64,000 bases of DNA from Acidobacteriota bacterium (GTDB lineage: Bacteria; Acidobacteriota; UBA890; WLXD01), in assembly GCA_963666215.2 (NCBI GenBank), contig CAXWPL010000002.1, positions 352,001 through 416,000 on the forward strand. Reading direction: 5' to 3'. Below the pieces are notes generated by a model that was not told the origin of the DNA, did not search any database, and saw only the letters and a program-made list of their open reading frames with translations. Positions within the stretch are counted from its first letter, which is position 1. The number at the start of each line of letters is the position of its first letter. Position numbers and translations under genes: made by a program. Of this stretch, positions 1-9,648 are shown piece by piece.

Positions 1-84
1 ATCGATGACCAACCGAGCTGCGCCCGCGTGGCCTCGGCCAAAGAGAGACTGCAGGAGGGAGGCGCCGCCGACTCGGGCAACTAG
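1..84 (+). CDS. 3' end of an upstream gene (partial, unidentified)
   Basis: Frame 1 is open from base 1 to TAG at 82-84 (IDDQPSCARVASAKERLQEGGAADSGN*), same strand as the next gene. Confidence 0.4.
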   Translation: MDDQPSCARVASAKERLQEGGAADSGN

Positions 85-140
85 TCCCGACATCGGTGTT
101 AGGTAACCCGTAGAAGTAACCCTGGCAATAGGGGGGAACC

Positions 141-1073
141 GTGCGCCACGCCACAAGTCCCGTTGAGTCCTCTGTCCCCGCGAGTCCGGTAGCTCTGATG
201 GCTTCCACGGCCCTCGCGAGTGGGTCGTTGTCCGTTCTACGTATCCTCGGCCTCTGCGCGCTGCTGCTGTTCGCCGCGTCCGCCACTTTCGTTGAGGCAC
301 AGACTCTGCCCAATACCCGGATGTACGAGGGCCCCGCCTGTTTCAGCATTGTGGTCGAAGAGGTCTCGCCCACCGGCGCCGTTGTTGCCAGCGGGCGACA
401 GCCGGAGCAGCAGGCGATGTCCGCCGGCGACGATCTCTACATCGATACCGCCGGCCAGCAGATGCGAGCGGGTGACCGGTTTCAGATCCATCGCGTCGAT
501 GCGGTTGTCAAACACCCGCTCACCGGCAGCCGGGTAGGGCATGCGTTGAACATGATCGGCACCGTTCGGCTGCTCGAGGTTGTTGGCGAGCAGGCGCTGG
601 CCGCGATCGAGAGCGCATGCCTCGAGATCGAGATCGGTGACCCACTCCGCGCGATGCCGACCGGCCAGGTTGCCGTGACGCTCGAGTTGCCGACGTTCGA
701 GCCGGACCGCATCGTGGTGCCATCGCCCGACGATGCACGGGTCGTCTACGGTTCCGGTGAGTCCTTGCTGCGGGTGGGCGCACGTACGGGCCGGGTGGAT
801 TCCTCCAGGCGAGACGGCTACGGCGCCGGCGACGTGGTGATCATCGACCAGGGAAGCACCGACGGCTGGAGGCTGTCGGATAGGGTTCTGTTCTACCGTG
901 ATCGCCGCGATAGTCACGACCCGCGATCGATCGACCAGGCGCAGCCTATCCTGCTCGGACAGGGCGCCGTCTTCTGGATTCAGGGGCAGACCGCCGCTGT
1001 GTTGGTTACGGCCGGCGATCGGCGTATCGCGCTCGGTGCTGGCGTCCGTCGCGATGTGCAATCGGTGCAATAG
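141..1073 (+). CDS. Exported protein with two similar beta-rich domains (resembles the C-terminal part of LysM/TsaP-like or FlgT_C-like proteins)
   Basis: Signal peptide ending VEA-Q; internally repeated pattern GDDLYID..G..AGDRFQIHR and GDVVIIDQG..G..LSDRVLFYR; start uncertain. Confidence 0.55.
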   Translation: MRHATSPVESSVPASPVALMASTALASGSLSVLRILGLCALLLFAASATFVEAQTLPNTRMYEGPACFSIVVEEVSPTGAVVASGRQPEQQAMSAGDDLYIDTAGQQMRAGDRFQIHRVDAVVKHPLTGSRVGHALNMIGTVRLLEVVGEQALAAIESACLEIEIGDPLRAMPTGQVAVTLELPTFEPDRIVVPSPDDARVVYGSGESLLRVGARTGRVDSSRRDGYGAGDVVIIDQGSTDGWRLSDRVLFYRDRRDSHDPRSIDQAQPILLGQGAVFWIQGQTAAVLVTAGDRRIALGAGVRRDVQSVQ

Positions 1074-1109
1074 GCGGCGAGTCGACCCCTGAGCCCGTCA
1101 GAAAATCTG

Positions 1110-2183
1110 CTAGTTGGCGAATCCGCCGGTGGCCTCGGCGGGCTCGTTGATCCACTCAACGATGACGTATGGCCGCTTGTTCTGAGACTCATGGTAGGTG
1201 CGAGTCAGCATCTCCGCGATGATTCCCATGAGCACGAACTGCACTCCGAGAATCGAGCCAAGCATCGACAGGTACAGCAGCGGGTTGCCAGTCATGTCGA
1301 CGCTGGGCTCGAGCCCGAACTTCATGTACACAACGCCAATCGCCGCCAGGGCGCCGAGCCCGACGGAGCCCATCCCGAACATCCCGAACACGCGAATCGG
1401 ATGCGCGCCGTAGCTCATCAAGAACTTCACCGTGAGTAGATCGAGCACTACGGTCAAGGTGCGTCCGATGCCGTACTTCGTGGTGCCGCGCTCGCGTGCC
1501 CGGTGGTTGACCTCGAGCTCGGTCACTCGGCCACCGGCCCAGGCTCCCAAGGCGGGAAGGAAGCGATGTAGTTGTCCGTAGAGCTCGAAGCGGGCCAGCA
1601 CCTCTCTCCGGTAAGCCTTGAGTGTGCAGCCGTAGTCGTGCAGGTGGACCCCGGTGATGCGCGAGATCAGCCAGTTGGCGATGCGCGAGGGCAGGGTTCG
1701 ATTGATGAACCGATCTCGTCGTTTGCTGCGCCAGCCGCTGACGATGTCGTAGCCCTCGTCGAGGCGCGCCAGCAGCGCCGGGATATCGAGCGGGTCGTTC
1801 TGCAGGTCGCCGTCGAGCGTCACGATGATGTCGGCGCGCGCCATGTGAAAGCCGGCCGAAAGCGCCGCGGTCTGCCCGTAGTTCTTACCAAAGCGGGCCA
1901 CCCGGAGTTTCGGGAGTGTCGCGGCCTGCTCGGCGAGCAGGCCAAAAGTGCCGTCGGTGCTGCCGTCATCGACACAGATGAGCTCGTAGGTGATACCGCT
2001 TGCATCAAGGGCCGAGCCGATCTCGTCGAGCAGCGGCAGCACGTTGTCGCGCTCGTTGAACATCGGCACGACCACGCTGATCCGTGGGACGGCGGTCCGT
2101 GCGAGCTCGCTCTCGAGGTCGAGCTCGGCTTCAGGGGCTGGCGTGCTCGGACGATCGATCATCGTTTCGGCAGCGGTCGGCAT
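1110..2183 (-). CDS. Family 2 glycosyltransferase, polyprenol-phosphate type (ArnC/DPM1-like)
   Basis: ISVVVPMFNE, VDDGSTDGT, NYGQTAAL, TLDGDLQNDP, DYGCTLKAYR, two C-terminal TM helices; start set at MPTAAE. Confidence 0.92.
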   Translation of the reverse strand: MPTAAETMIDRPSTPAPEAELDLESELARTAVPRISVVVPMFNERDNVLPLLDEIGSALDASGITYELICVDDGSTDGTFGLLAEQAATLPKLRVARFGKNYGQTAALSAGFHMARADIIVTLDGDLQNDPLDIPALLARLDEGYDIVSGWRSKRRDRFINRTLPSRIANWLISRITGVHLHDYGCTLKAYRREVLARFELYGQLHRFLPALGAWAGGRVTELEVNHRARERGTTKYGIGRTLTVVLDLLTVKFLMSYGAHPIRVFGMFGMGSVGLGALAAIGVVYMKFGLEPSVDMTGNPLLYLSMLGSILGVQFVLMGIIAEMLTRTYHESQNKRPYVIVEWINEPAEATGGFAN

Positions 2184-2331
2184 CGATTCACGTCGGCGAG
2201 TGGGCACCGTGAGGGTGGGACGGCCCACCGGATTGAGAGGGCCAGCGTATCGCGATGTGGCCGGCGCGAGGGTCGCGAAACGAGGGCTATGGATTCATCC
2301 AAACCACTCGCGTCCATGGTAGCCTAATCGT

Positions 2332-2967
2332 ATGGACTCGGGACCGCTACACGGCATTCGTATCGCTGCCTGTCTTCTGCTGTTTCTCGGCGTGGCGTCG
2401 GCAACCCTGGCCGACACCATCCACATGAAGAACGGGCGCATTATCCGCACCGCCGAAACGCGCATCGTCGATGATCGCGTTGTCTTCACGCAGTTCGGCA
2501 AAGAGGTTTCGATTCCTCTCTCGCTGGTCGACCGCGTGGTCGAGGACGATGAGGAAGGACCGCCAAACAATCCTGTGGCACCCATACCTCCGCGCACTCC
2601 TCGTGCAGGCGAAGGCGAGGGGGAGGGCTCCGAAGGGGGAACGGGCACGGAAGGCGAAGAGGGTGGCGAGCCCACCGATGCTGAGGGCCAGGAGGTGGAG
2701 GCGGGGACCACCCGTGAGTACTGGCAGGGCCGACTGCGGGAGATCGAGTTGCAGCGTACCGAGCTGCAGGCCAGCTTGGTAGATCTACGGCGCGAGGAGC
2801 GCGCGTTTCTCTTCTCACATCGCTCCACGGGAACGTCCCGCGAGCGCATCGAAGATGTGCAACAGCAACTGGCGGATCTCGATCAAGAGGTTGGCGATCT
2901 TCGCGAAGACGCGCGTCGTCGTAGCGTGCCCCCTGGCTGGCTGCGATTGAGCCCCATCCAGCAGTAG
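2332..2967 (+). CDS. Secreted hypothetical protein with acidic linker and C-terminal coiled coil
   Basis: Signal peptide ..TLA-DTIHMKNG, G/E-rich linker, EYWQGRL coiled coil ending PPGWLR. Confidence 0.75.
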   Translation: MDSGPLHGIRIAACLLLFLGVASATLADTIHMKNGRIIRTAETRIVDDRVVFTQFGKEVSIPLSLVDRVVEDDEEGPPNNPVAPIPPRTPRAGEGEGEGSEGGTGTEGEEGGEPTDAEGQEVEAGTTREYWQGRLREIELQRTELQASLVDLRREERAFLFSHRSTGTSRERIEDVQQQLADLDQEVGDLREDARRRSVPPGWLRLSPIQQ

Positions 2968-3034
2968 CGCCTTCTGTCAGAAGGCTCGTCTAGTCTGTCG
3001 GGGGCCGCGGTATCTGGCCGTCGCCGCGGTGGTC

Positions 3035-3343
3035 TCAGCGCGACATCAAATGGATCGTGCGCAACTGGCCCAAGTGCGGCGGCAGCGACATCCCCGAGAG
3101 CTCGTCCGGATCGAATCGACTGAAGAAGTCGTTGATCGCCGCCAGACGACCTCCCAACGTCGGCGACGTGAGCCCGTCCACGAGCTCTTCGAAGCGCGGA
3201 TCGCGTGTTGCCAGCTCGGTGGCCTCGGCGAGGTCCTTCTGAAAGAACGTGCCGCCGTCGCGATCCGAGAGCGACTCCGAAAGGCGCTCCATGCCCGCAA
3301 GCCGGGCGAGGTGGTCGAGCTCAGTGGGCGAGTTCGCAGACAT
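3035..3343 (-). CDS. Hypothetical protein (~102 aa)
   Basis: MSANSPTELDHLARLAG.. has protein-like composition and follows the pilin gene on the same strand. Confidence 0.5.
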   Translation of the reverse strand: MSANSPTELDHLARLAGMERLSESLSDRDGGTFFQKDLAEATELATRDPRFEELVDGLTSPTLGGRLAAINDFFSRFDPDELSGMSLPPHLGQLRTIHLMSR

Positions 3344-3471
3344 GAGTGCAATCGTAACGCGCCGCCTATCGTGGATCGAGCCCCTCAGGCCCCACTTGGG
3401 GCACGGAGGGGCTCGACTGGATCCGGGGCAAGGCCACGCGACGCCGACCCAGCGGGCGCGCGGGTGTGCGC

Positions 3472-3897
3472 CTACTGACCTGTCGGAGCCTGCGTGAACT
3501 GCCCGTTGGTCAGGATGAGATCGGAGGTGTACGGATCGTTGATCCACGGCGACGGCGGCGCGGGGCCCGTGGCACCGTCGGAACCGTTCGACGTCAGCGT
3601 GTACGTGACTCCACCGGCGTACGTCCAGGCGGTACCCCAGCCGTCGGCGGCCGGCGTGACCTGCATGTAGGTCGGCTGCAAGTTCGCCAGGGCCGTCGGA
3701 TACGTGCCGAGATCGACTCGGTAAGTCCCGTTGGCCGTGGCGATGTTGCGCATGTCGGCCATGGTGCGCCGCTGGCGAGCACGATCGATTGCGTCCAGCA
3801 GCTGCGGCACTGCGATGGTCGCGATGATGCCGATGATCGCAACGACGATCAGCAGCTCGATGAGAGAGAAACCGCCTTCTTGGCGCTTGAAGTTCAT
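3472..3897 (-). CDS. Type IV pilin / GspG-like pseudopilin
   Basis: Prepilin cleavage motif G-FSLIELLIVVAIIGIIA with E+5; DGWGT..Y and SNGSDG GspG-like motifs; AAGGA RBS. Confidence 0.92.
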   Translation of the reverse strand: MNFKRQEGGFSLIELLIVVAIIGIIATIAVPQLLDAIDRARQRRTMADMRNIATANGTYRVDLGTYPTALANLQPTYMQVTPAADGWGTAWTYAGGVTYTLTSNGSDGATGPAPPSPWINDPYTSDLILTNGQFTQAPTGQ

Positions 3898-3920
3898 CCG
3901 GATCCTTTCGTGGGGAGAAC

Positions 3921-3937
3921 TGCCCCGTAACGTGCCA
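3921..3937 (-). promoter_or_regulatory. Possible sigma-54 promoter of the pilin gene
   Basis: TGGCACGttacGGGGCA: perfect -24 box but the GC is one base too far; AT-rich upstream tract 3960-4110. Confidence 0.3.
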
Positions 3938-4344
3938 TGGCCGAGGTCGGCGGGAGCACGTTGTAAATCATCTTGGATCTAGGAAACACCATTCATCACC
4001 TCAAACCTATCTTAAACGTGTTGATAGACTGAATAGAATAGAAGTACGCGTTATTGACCACTCTGTTTGTCCATTGTAAGTCTATTTGTTCCAACGGCTT
4101 AGGGGTGATTTTTCTCCTGGCCGGGTCTGACCATCATATGTTCGGAGTGATCGGTGGAGGGACTTGAGGCCTCACGACATGTGTCGGCTGGCCCGGCAAT
4201 TTCGAACGGAAACCGCTAGTCGTTGCGTTAGGGAAGGGGTGGGTTGCGATGGGATTGAGCGGGGCGGTTTCGCCGCCGCACAGGCTCCACAGCCCCTACG
4301 ACTACGATCTGGACCACTCCCAATCCACTAGGAGATAATCTATC

Positions 4345-4433
4345 CGTCGCTTCGCTCCGATGGCGTGATCACGATCAACCGTAATCAGTGATCACGTTCC
4401 CGTAATGACCGATCACGATCACCGAAATACTCA
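4345..4433. mobile_element. Orphan IS21-family terminal repeat region
   Basis: Three GATCACG-containing repeats about 23 bp apart, ending CCGAAATACTCA (reverse complement TGAGTATTTCGGTGATCGTGATC), preceded by CGTCGCTTCGCTCCGAT; no istA/istB in the window. Confidence 0.65.
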
Positions 4434-4516
4434 GCCGTCCCCTCTCTGCCAACGTGGGGTGAGACGATGGAGGTTGGATAATTACTGAGCAAGAGGGCGA
4501 GGTCGGAGACACAAGA

Positions 4517-5008
4517 ATGTCGGAGTTGAGCAACAACGGTGCAGGAGACCACGAGGCCACCGGACGTCCGGTGCAGGGAGCCGGAGGCGACCGAAAGCGG
4601 ACGTCGCGCGAGCCCGCGGTCCCGGCCCCCGACCCCCAGTTGGTCGAGCGATCACGGCGCCGCAAGTTCACCGCCGAGTACAAGGTCCGGGTGGTGCGCG
4701 AGGCGGACGGGTGCTCGAAGCCCGGCGAGGTCGGCGCGCTGCTGCGGCGCGAGGGGCTGTACTCGTCGCATCTGTCGGTGTGGCGCAAGCAGCGTGACGC
4801 CGGGGCATTGGTGGCGCTGGCTAAGCTACGCGGCCGGCCGGCGCCCGATCCCCGAGACGCGCAGCTTGCCAACCTGCGTCGCCGAGCCGAGCGGGCCGAG
4901 GCGGAGCTCGAGAAGGCACGGCGAGTAATCGAGGTGCAGGGAAACGTCTCCGCGCTTCTGGGAGAGCTGCTCGAGCCCAGGGGCGCCAACGCGACTACCA
5001 AGCGATGA
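4517..5008 (+). CDS. IS3-family transposase OrfA
   Basis: RRRKFTAEYKVRVV..GALLRREGLYSSHLSVWRK helix-turn-helix plus coiled coil. Confidence 0.92.
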   Translation: MSELSNNGAGDHEATGRPVQGAGGDRKRTSREPAVPAPDPQLVERSRRRKFTAEYKVRVVREADGCSKPGEVGALLRREGLYSSHLSVWRKQRDAGALVALAKLRGRPAPDPRDAQLANLRRRAERAEAELEKARRVIEVQGNVSALLGELLEPRGANATTKR

Positions 5009-6009
5009 TCGAGCAGACCGTCGAACAACTCACTCCCATCATCGGGACTCGCCCGGCGTGCCGGACGCTGGGCGCCTCGCACGCGACGATCTACCGCCGC
5101 CGTCGGCCGCCTGCGCGCCGACCGAGCCGTCCGCGGCCCAAGCCGGCGAGGGCGCTGTCGGAGCCTGAACGTCACGAGGTGCTCGCCGAGTTGCATAGTG
5201 AGCGCTTCGTCGACTGCGCTCCTGCCCAGGTATGGGCGACGCTGCTGGACGAAGGCCGCTACCTGGCATCGGAGCGCACGATGTACCGGATCCTCGCCGC
5301 CCAGGGCGAGGGCGGCGAGCGGCGCAACCAGCTCGTGCACCCGCCCTACAACAAGCCCGAGCTGCTCGCCGAGCGAGTCAATGAGGTGTGGTCGTGGGAC
5401 ATATCCAAACTGCGAGGCCCTGCCAAGTGGACCTACTTCTACCTGTACGTCATCCTCGACGTGTTCAGCCGCTACGTGGTGGGCTGGACTCTCCAGCACC
5501 GCGAGAGCGGTCCCTTGGCCGAGCAGCTCATCGACCAGGCGCTGCTCCAGCAACGCATCGGACCTGATCAGCTCACCATCCACGCCGACCGCGGCAGCTC
5601 GATGACCTCCAAGCCGGTCGCCTTCCTGCTCGCCGATCTCGGGGTCACCAAGACACACTCGCGGCCCTACACCTCGTCGGACAATCCCTACTCGGAGGCC
5701 CACTTCAGGACGCTCAAGTACCGACCCGAGTTCCCTGCTCGCTTCGAGTCGATCGAACACGCCCGTCTCTTTTGCCGCATGTTCTTCCACTGGTACAACC
5801 ACCAGCATCGCCACTCGGGCATCGGCCTGATGACTCCGGCGACGGTGCAGTATGGGCTCGCCCAGCAGACCCGCGACCGGCGTGCCGAAGTCCTGCTGGC
5901 CGCCTACCGGGCGCGACCTGAGCGCTTCGTCAACCACCCGCCCCGACCGCCGGCGATCCCCACCGCCGTCTGGATCAACAAGCCTGCCACCCTCGAGAAT
6001 GCTCACTAA
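5005..6009 (+). CDS. IS3-family transposase OrfB (DDE integrase core)
   Basis: WSWDISKL, LDVFSRYVVGW, HADRGSSM, DNPYSEAHFRTLK, YNHQHRHSGI; ATGA overlap with orfA. Confidence 0.95.
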   Translation: MIEQTVEQLTPIIGTRPACRTLGASHATIYRRRRPPARRPSRPRPKPARALSEPERHEVLAELHSERFVDCAPAQVWATLLDEGRYLASERTMYRILAAQGEGGERRNQLVHPPYNKPELLAERVNEVWSWDISKLRGPAKWTYFYLYVILDVFSRYVVGWTLQHRESGPLAEQLIDQALLQQRIGPDQLTIHADRGSSMTSKPVAFLLADLGVTKTHSRPYTSSDNPYSEAHFRTLKYRPEFPARFESIEHARLFCRMFFHWYNHQHRHSGIGLMTPATVQYGLAQQTRDRRAEVLLAAYRARPERFVNHPPRPPAIPTAVWINKPATLENAH

Positions 6010-6042
6010 TTACTCGTGACCACCGTCTCATCCGCGTTGACA

Positions 6043-6989
6043 GGCACCGCGGTCTCCAGCTCCTTGACCACGGCGTCGAGCTGCTTGGTCGCTGCCGTGG
6101 CCGTCTCCGCCTTCCACGCCTTGCGGATCTTGGCTGCGAACCAGGGCCGGATATGCCCTGGCAGATGCTCCAATACATTCTTGATCTTGTGGACACGGCA
6201 GCGCTGGATCAGGGCCCACTCGCCGAACGTGTCGCGCACTGCTTTACGGAGGCCCTTGGAGCCATCGATTACCACCAACCGCGCCCGTTCGACGGGCATG
6301 CCGCGCTCGATCAACTGCCGCAGCAGCGACCGGCACACGTGGGAGCTCTCCGTGGTGCCCTCTACGACACCCAGCACATGCTTGACGCCGTCCGCGTCGA
6401 TGCCCATGGCGATCACCAACAAGTGCTTGCCCATGTGCGTGCCGTCGATCACCAGCACCGGCAGGTCCACTTCATTGAGCGGTTGGGCCAGGTACTGCTG
6501 CACCTGCTTGGCTGTACGCGCTACGAACCGCCGCGACACACTCGAGCGACTCGTTCCCGACGAAGCTCGCCCGTCGTCGAGCTGCTCTAACGAGCGCTCG
6601 TACTTGCGCGTCGTGACGCCGCACAGGATCTGCTCTACGGCGCGCTCTTCGAGCGGATCTGTTGCCTTGAACCTCTCCCAGTGCGGCAGCGGCAGCTCTT
6701 GGCCATCGACGCTCCGAGCCCGCGGCTTGCGTACCTTGACCCGCCGGCCGCCCATCACCAGCGAGCCCTCGTCGTAGCCGTGTCGGTACGCCCGCCGCTG
6801 CTGTGACCGCGCGTAGCGCTCTCCGCAGAGCTCCGCCCGGTCTTCTTCCAGCAGCGAACCCAACACCCCGAAGCCCGCGTCCATGACCAGCGCTCGTAGA
6901 TCCGATCGCGCCGCTACCACTGCCTCCAGGAGCGGGTTCTCTTGGCGCTCCGCTTTCCTACTTGTCTCTGTTCTGCGACTCTTGCTCAT
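6043..6989 (-). pseudogene. IS256/Mutator transposase, C-terminally truncated
   Basis: YRHGY..GSL, GVTTRKY, SRSSVSR, VIDGT, VIDGSKGL, IQRCRVHK; the segment expected to carry the third catalytic residue is absent and the last codons come from the IS3 end. Confidence 0.88.
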
Positions 6990-7080
6990 GACGGTGATCC
7001 TCCATGCCAGTGGATTGACCCCGACACACTATCGAGGTCGGATCACCGTCACCCTTTTTCAACGGAGCCTGTGACATCCC
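6043..7080 (-). mobile_element. IS256-family element, truncated by the IS3 copy
   Basis: Left end GGGATGTCACAGGCTCCGTTGAAAAA at 7080; transposase runs into the IS3 right repeat. Confidence 0.85.
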
Positions 7081-7365
7081 CGCTCGGCCGCCGTGATGAG
7101 CTCCGCGACCGGCTGCATGAGGTAGCGCGGCACCTTCGAGTTGAACAACACGGACTGGCTACAAAACGAGCAGTCTTCTGAGCACGTACCGCTGCGCGCG
7201 TTTTGCAACACATGAACGCGAACGCGTCGGCCGTAGGACCGTGAAGGCAGCCTGAAGCACCGCCAGGAGCTCATTGTCCGATGATCGCGCCACCGCCAGC
7301 CCTTGTGCGCGGGTCATTGGCTGGTGCGCTAAGACTTGATCGGCGAGGTCCGTCCAAGTCGCCAT
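7081..7365 (-). pseudogene. bioB: Biotin synthase 5' fragment, frameshifted and cut by IS256
   Basis: MATWTDLADQVL..ELLAVLQAAFTV in one frame, YGRRVRVHVLQNARSGTCSEDCSFCSQS (radical SAM CxxxCxxC) in another. Confidence 0.85.
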
Positions 7366-7566
7366 CGTGTTGGGCGGTACCGGAGATTCGCACACGGTTA
7401 GCACGGTGCCGGGGGACACGTCATCTTCGAGAACAATCGACGCCTATTCTACTGGGGTTACCTATCTCTTGTAGTGCCCTGTCGCTGATGCCTTGGAGTC
7501 GGACCATGCTCGGTTTGGTGATCACGCGCGCCACGTACTCTGATCCATGAGCCTTCGCGACGCCGG

Positions 7567-8430
7567 CTATGTCTGAGACTCGATCTCGAGATTGTCGATG
7601 AGTCGAGCCCGGCCGAGCCAGACGGCAGCCATCAAACGCGCCGCCGCGCCAACGCGCTCGAGCGGCTGCAGGCTTTCCGGGTCAACGAGCTCCACGTAGT
7701 CGACTCGATCGAATCCCTGTTCGAGCAGGGTGTCTGCGCAATCCTGACAAACCTCCTTCGCATCTCGGCCACACGCGAGCGCTCGAGATGCCGACAGCAG
7801 GACCCTGTGCAGGCCAGGAGCCACCTGCCGTTCCGCGTCAGTCAGATACACATTCCTCGAAGACAGGGCCAATCCATCGGGCTCCCGAACTGTCGGCACG
7901 CCTATGACAGATACGGGCACGTCGAGATCTCGAACCGATCGGCGTACAACGAGGAGTTGTTGGTAGTCTTTCTCGCCGAAGAACACCTTGTCGGGCGCTG
8001 TGATCATCAGCAGCTTCAGCACTTGAGTCCCAACCGCGTCGAAATGACCGGGGCGCACGCTGCCACACAGGCGACCTCGGAGAGACCGCACGGTAATCCG
8101 TGTTGAGAACCGCTCATCGCTGTGACCGTGCGGAAACAGTTCCTCGACGGTGGGAGTGAACAGGCAATCACAGCCGCGACCCTTCAGAAGTCGGGCGTCG
8201 CGACTTTCCCGGCGCGGATACGCAGCGAAGTCGTCGCCTGGTGCAAACTGAATGGGATTTACGAACACCGTGACAAGCGTACGGTCGCACGTCGTCACGG
8301 ATCGCTTGACGAGAGCGAGGTGGCCCTCGTGGAGCCCCCCCATGGTCGGGACTAGACCGATCGAATGGTCACACCGTTTCCACTCCCGGACCTGACGACG
8401 AACTTCGACAATGGAGCGCAAAGTATTCAT
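7567..8430 (-). CDS. panC: Pantoate-beta-alanine ligase
   Basis: LVPTMGGLHEGH, FVNPIQF, RPGHFDAV, FGEKDYQQ, REPDGLALSSRN, RLIDN. Confidence 0.97.
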   Translation of the reverse strand: MNTLRSIVEVRRQVREWKRCDHSIGLVPTMGGLHEGHLALVKRSVTTCDRTLVTVFVNPIQFAPGDDFAAYPRRESRDARLLKGRGCDCLFTPTVEELFPHGHSDERFSTRITVRSLRGRLCGSVRPGHFDAVGTQVLKLLMITAPDKVFFGEKDYQQLLVVRRSVRDLDVPVSVIGVPTVREPDGLALSSRNVYLTDAERQVAPGLHRVLLSASRALACGRDAKEVCQDCADTLLEQGFDRVDYVELVDPESLQPLERVGAAARLMAAVWLGRARLIDNLEIESQT

Positions 8431-8533
8431 GGCCTTTCGGCCTCCGCTCCGACCTGGCAAAACACCCAGCGGGAGGGCTCCAATTCGTTGCTGAGCTCCG
8501 AGACGGTCGTCTCCGCTGCTCCAGCGGCGCGAG

Positions 8534-9403
8534 TCATCGGAGCTCAGGAGCCGCGGCCCTCAACCGGCGCTCGATCCCTCGAGCTTCCGTTTCCGGAAGT
8601 CCGCGACGACGGCCCAGCTCGAGCAGCCCCATGCTCACCCCAATATAGAGGTTGGACACAGTTGGGTTGAAGCCGTGTAGTTGCTCGAGGTGCAACTCAA
8701 CCGTCTCGCCATCACCACGCACGACGGGTCCAGTGGCGGCCTTTCCTGGCCCATGCTCGAGCGCGTTCGACAGGCTTGTTCGGCACAGCGGCGCGATGGC
8801 GCGTCGTCCTTCGTCGCGAGGAACGCCGGCGCGTTCCATGAGTACTAGCGCGGCATCGATCGTTGCGAACACCGCGTTGCCAGCCATAACGGCACCGGCG
8901 TGGTAGACGGCCAGCGCTTCTTCCTCGAGCTCCAATGCGCGACCACCGAGCTTGTCGGCCAGACCGCGAGCCCACTCGAGCGCCGCGACATCGCCAGTGA
9001 CTCCAAAGGTCACGCCGGCTAGCGCATCGACACCCGGCGTCGGATCCGCGATGGATTGGAGAGGATGCAGGACTCCGGCACTCACTCCGACCGCTCTCAG
9101 CGGCTGCAGCGCGGATGGCCCCAGCGCGCCGCATGTATGCAGTACCTGCCCAGCTGTCATCCCTGAGATCCTCAGCAACTCGGCCGCCGCCGGTATCGCC
9201 GTGTCGGTCACGGCAACGAGTATGCGCTCGGTCTCTCTTACAAGATCCCGAACCGCCACGGCCGTCGCGGCCCCGCCGACGAACGTCGCCGCCTGCTGCG
9301 CTGCCTCGTCGCGTCGCCCCGACAGCAAGACGGTTTCTCCGCGCTGGCTCAGCGCATGGCCAAGTGTCTGCGCCACACGGCCCGTGCCCAGAATGCCGAT
9401 CAC
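8534..9403 (-). CDS. Rossmann-like + DUF2520 protein (PanG-type ketopantoate reductase candidate)
   Basis: IGILGTGRVA, HTCGA, LHPLQS, YHAGAVMAGN, TGPVVRGD; lies between panB and panC. Confidence 0.85.
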   Translation of the reverse strand: MIGILGTGRVAQTLGHALSQRGETVLLSGRRDEAAQQAATFVGGAATAVAVRDLVRETERILVAVTDTAIPAAAELLRISGMTAGQVLHTCGALGPSALQPLRAVGVSAGVLHPLQSIADPTPGVDALAGVTFGVTGDVAALEWARGLADKLGGRALELEEEALAVYHAGAVMAGNAVFATIDAALVLMERAGVPRDEGRRAIAPLCRTSLSNALEHGPGKAATGPVVRGDGETVELHLEQLHGFNPTVSNLYIGVSMGLLELGRRRGLPETEARGIERRLRAAAPELR

Positions 9404-9648
9404 CGTACGCCCTTCTTGCTGGCTGGCGAAGTCGTCACTTCTTGACGGAGCGACTTTACGCCCTCGCTCGCGGGGCCAACACGGCAGACGGCCCCAAGTC
9501 GACGCGACCCTCCGGGCAGCAGGGGTTGCGGGCGTACGTTTTGCCGTTCGTTGTCAACGAATGCGTTCAACATCGCCTCCTCCTCTCTCCTTGCCTCGGC
9601 CTCGTAAGACTCTGTTGCCAGGCCCACCGCACTTCCACCACGGACTGC

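Larger units (their letters stand above)
4447..6042 (+). mobile_element. IS3-family insertion sequence, 1596 bp, apparently intact
   Basis: Imperfect ~45-bp inverted repeats TGCCAACGTGGGGTGAGACGATGG..TAATTACTGAGCA and TGTCAACGCGGATGAGACGGTGG..TAATTAGTGAGCA, TG..CA ends, orfA+orfB; no target duplication. Confidence 0.92.

Noticed and set aside
4365-4433. Short repeats as a CRISPR array or iterons
   Set aside because: About 23-bp period without unique spacers, and ends like an IS21 terminus; no cas or rep gene; no CRISPR array seen anywhere in the window
9400-9627. 75-aa ORF between panB and the DUF2520 gene as panD or a leader peptide
   Set aside because: No PanD motifs and no recognisable family
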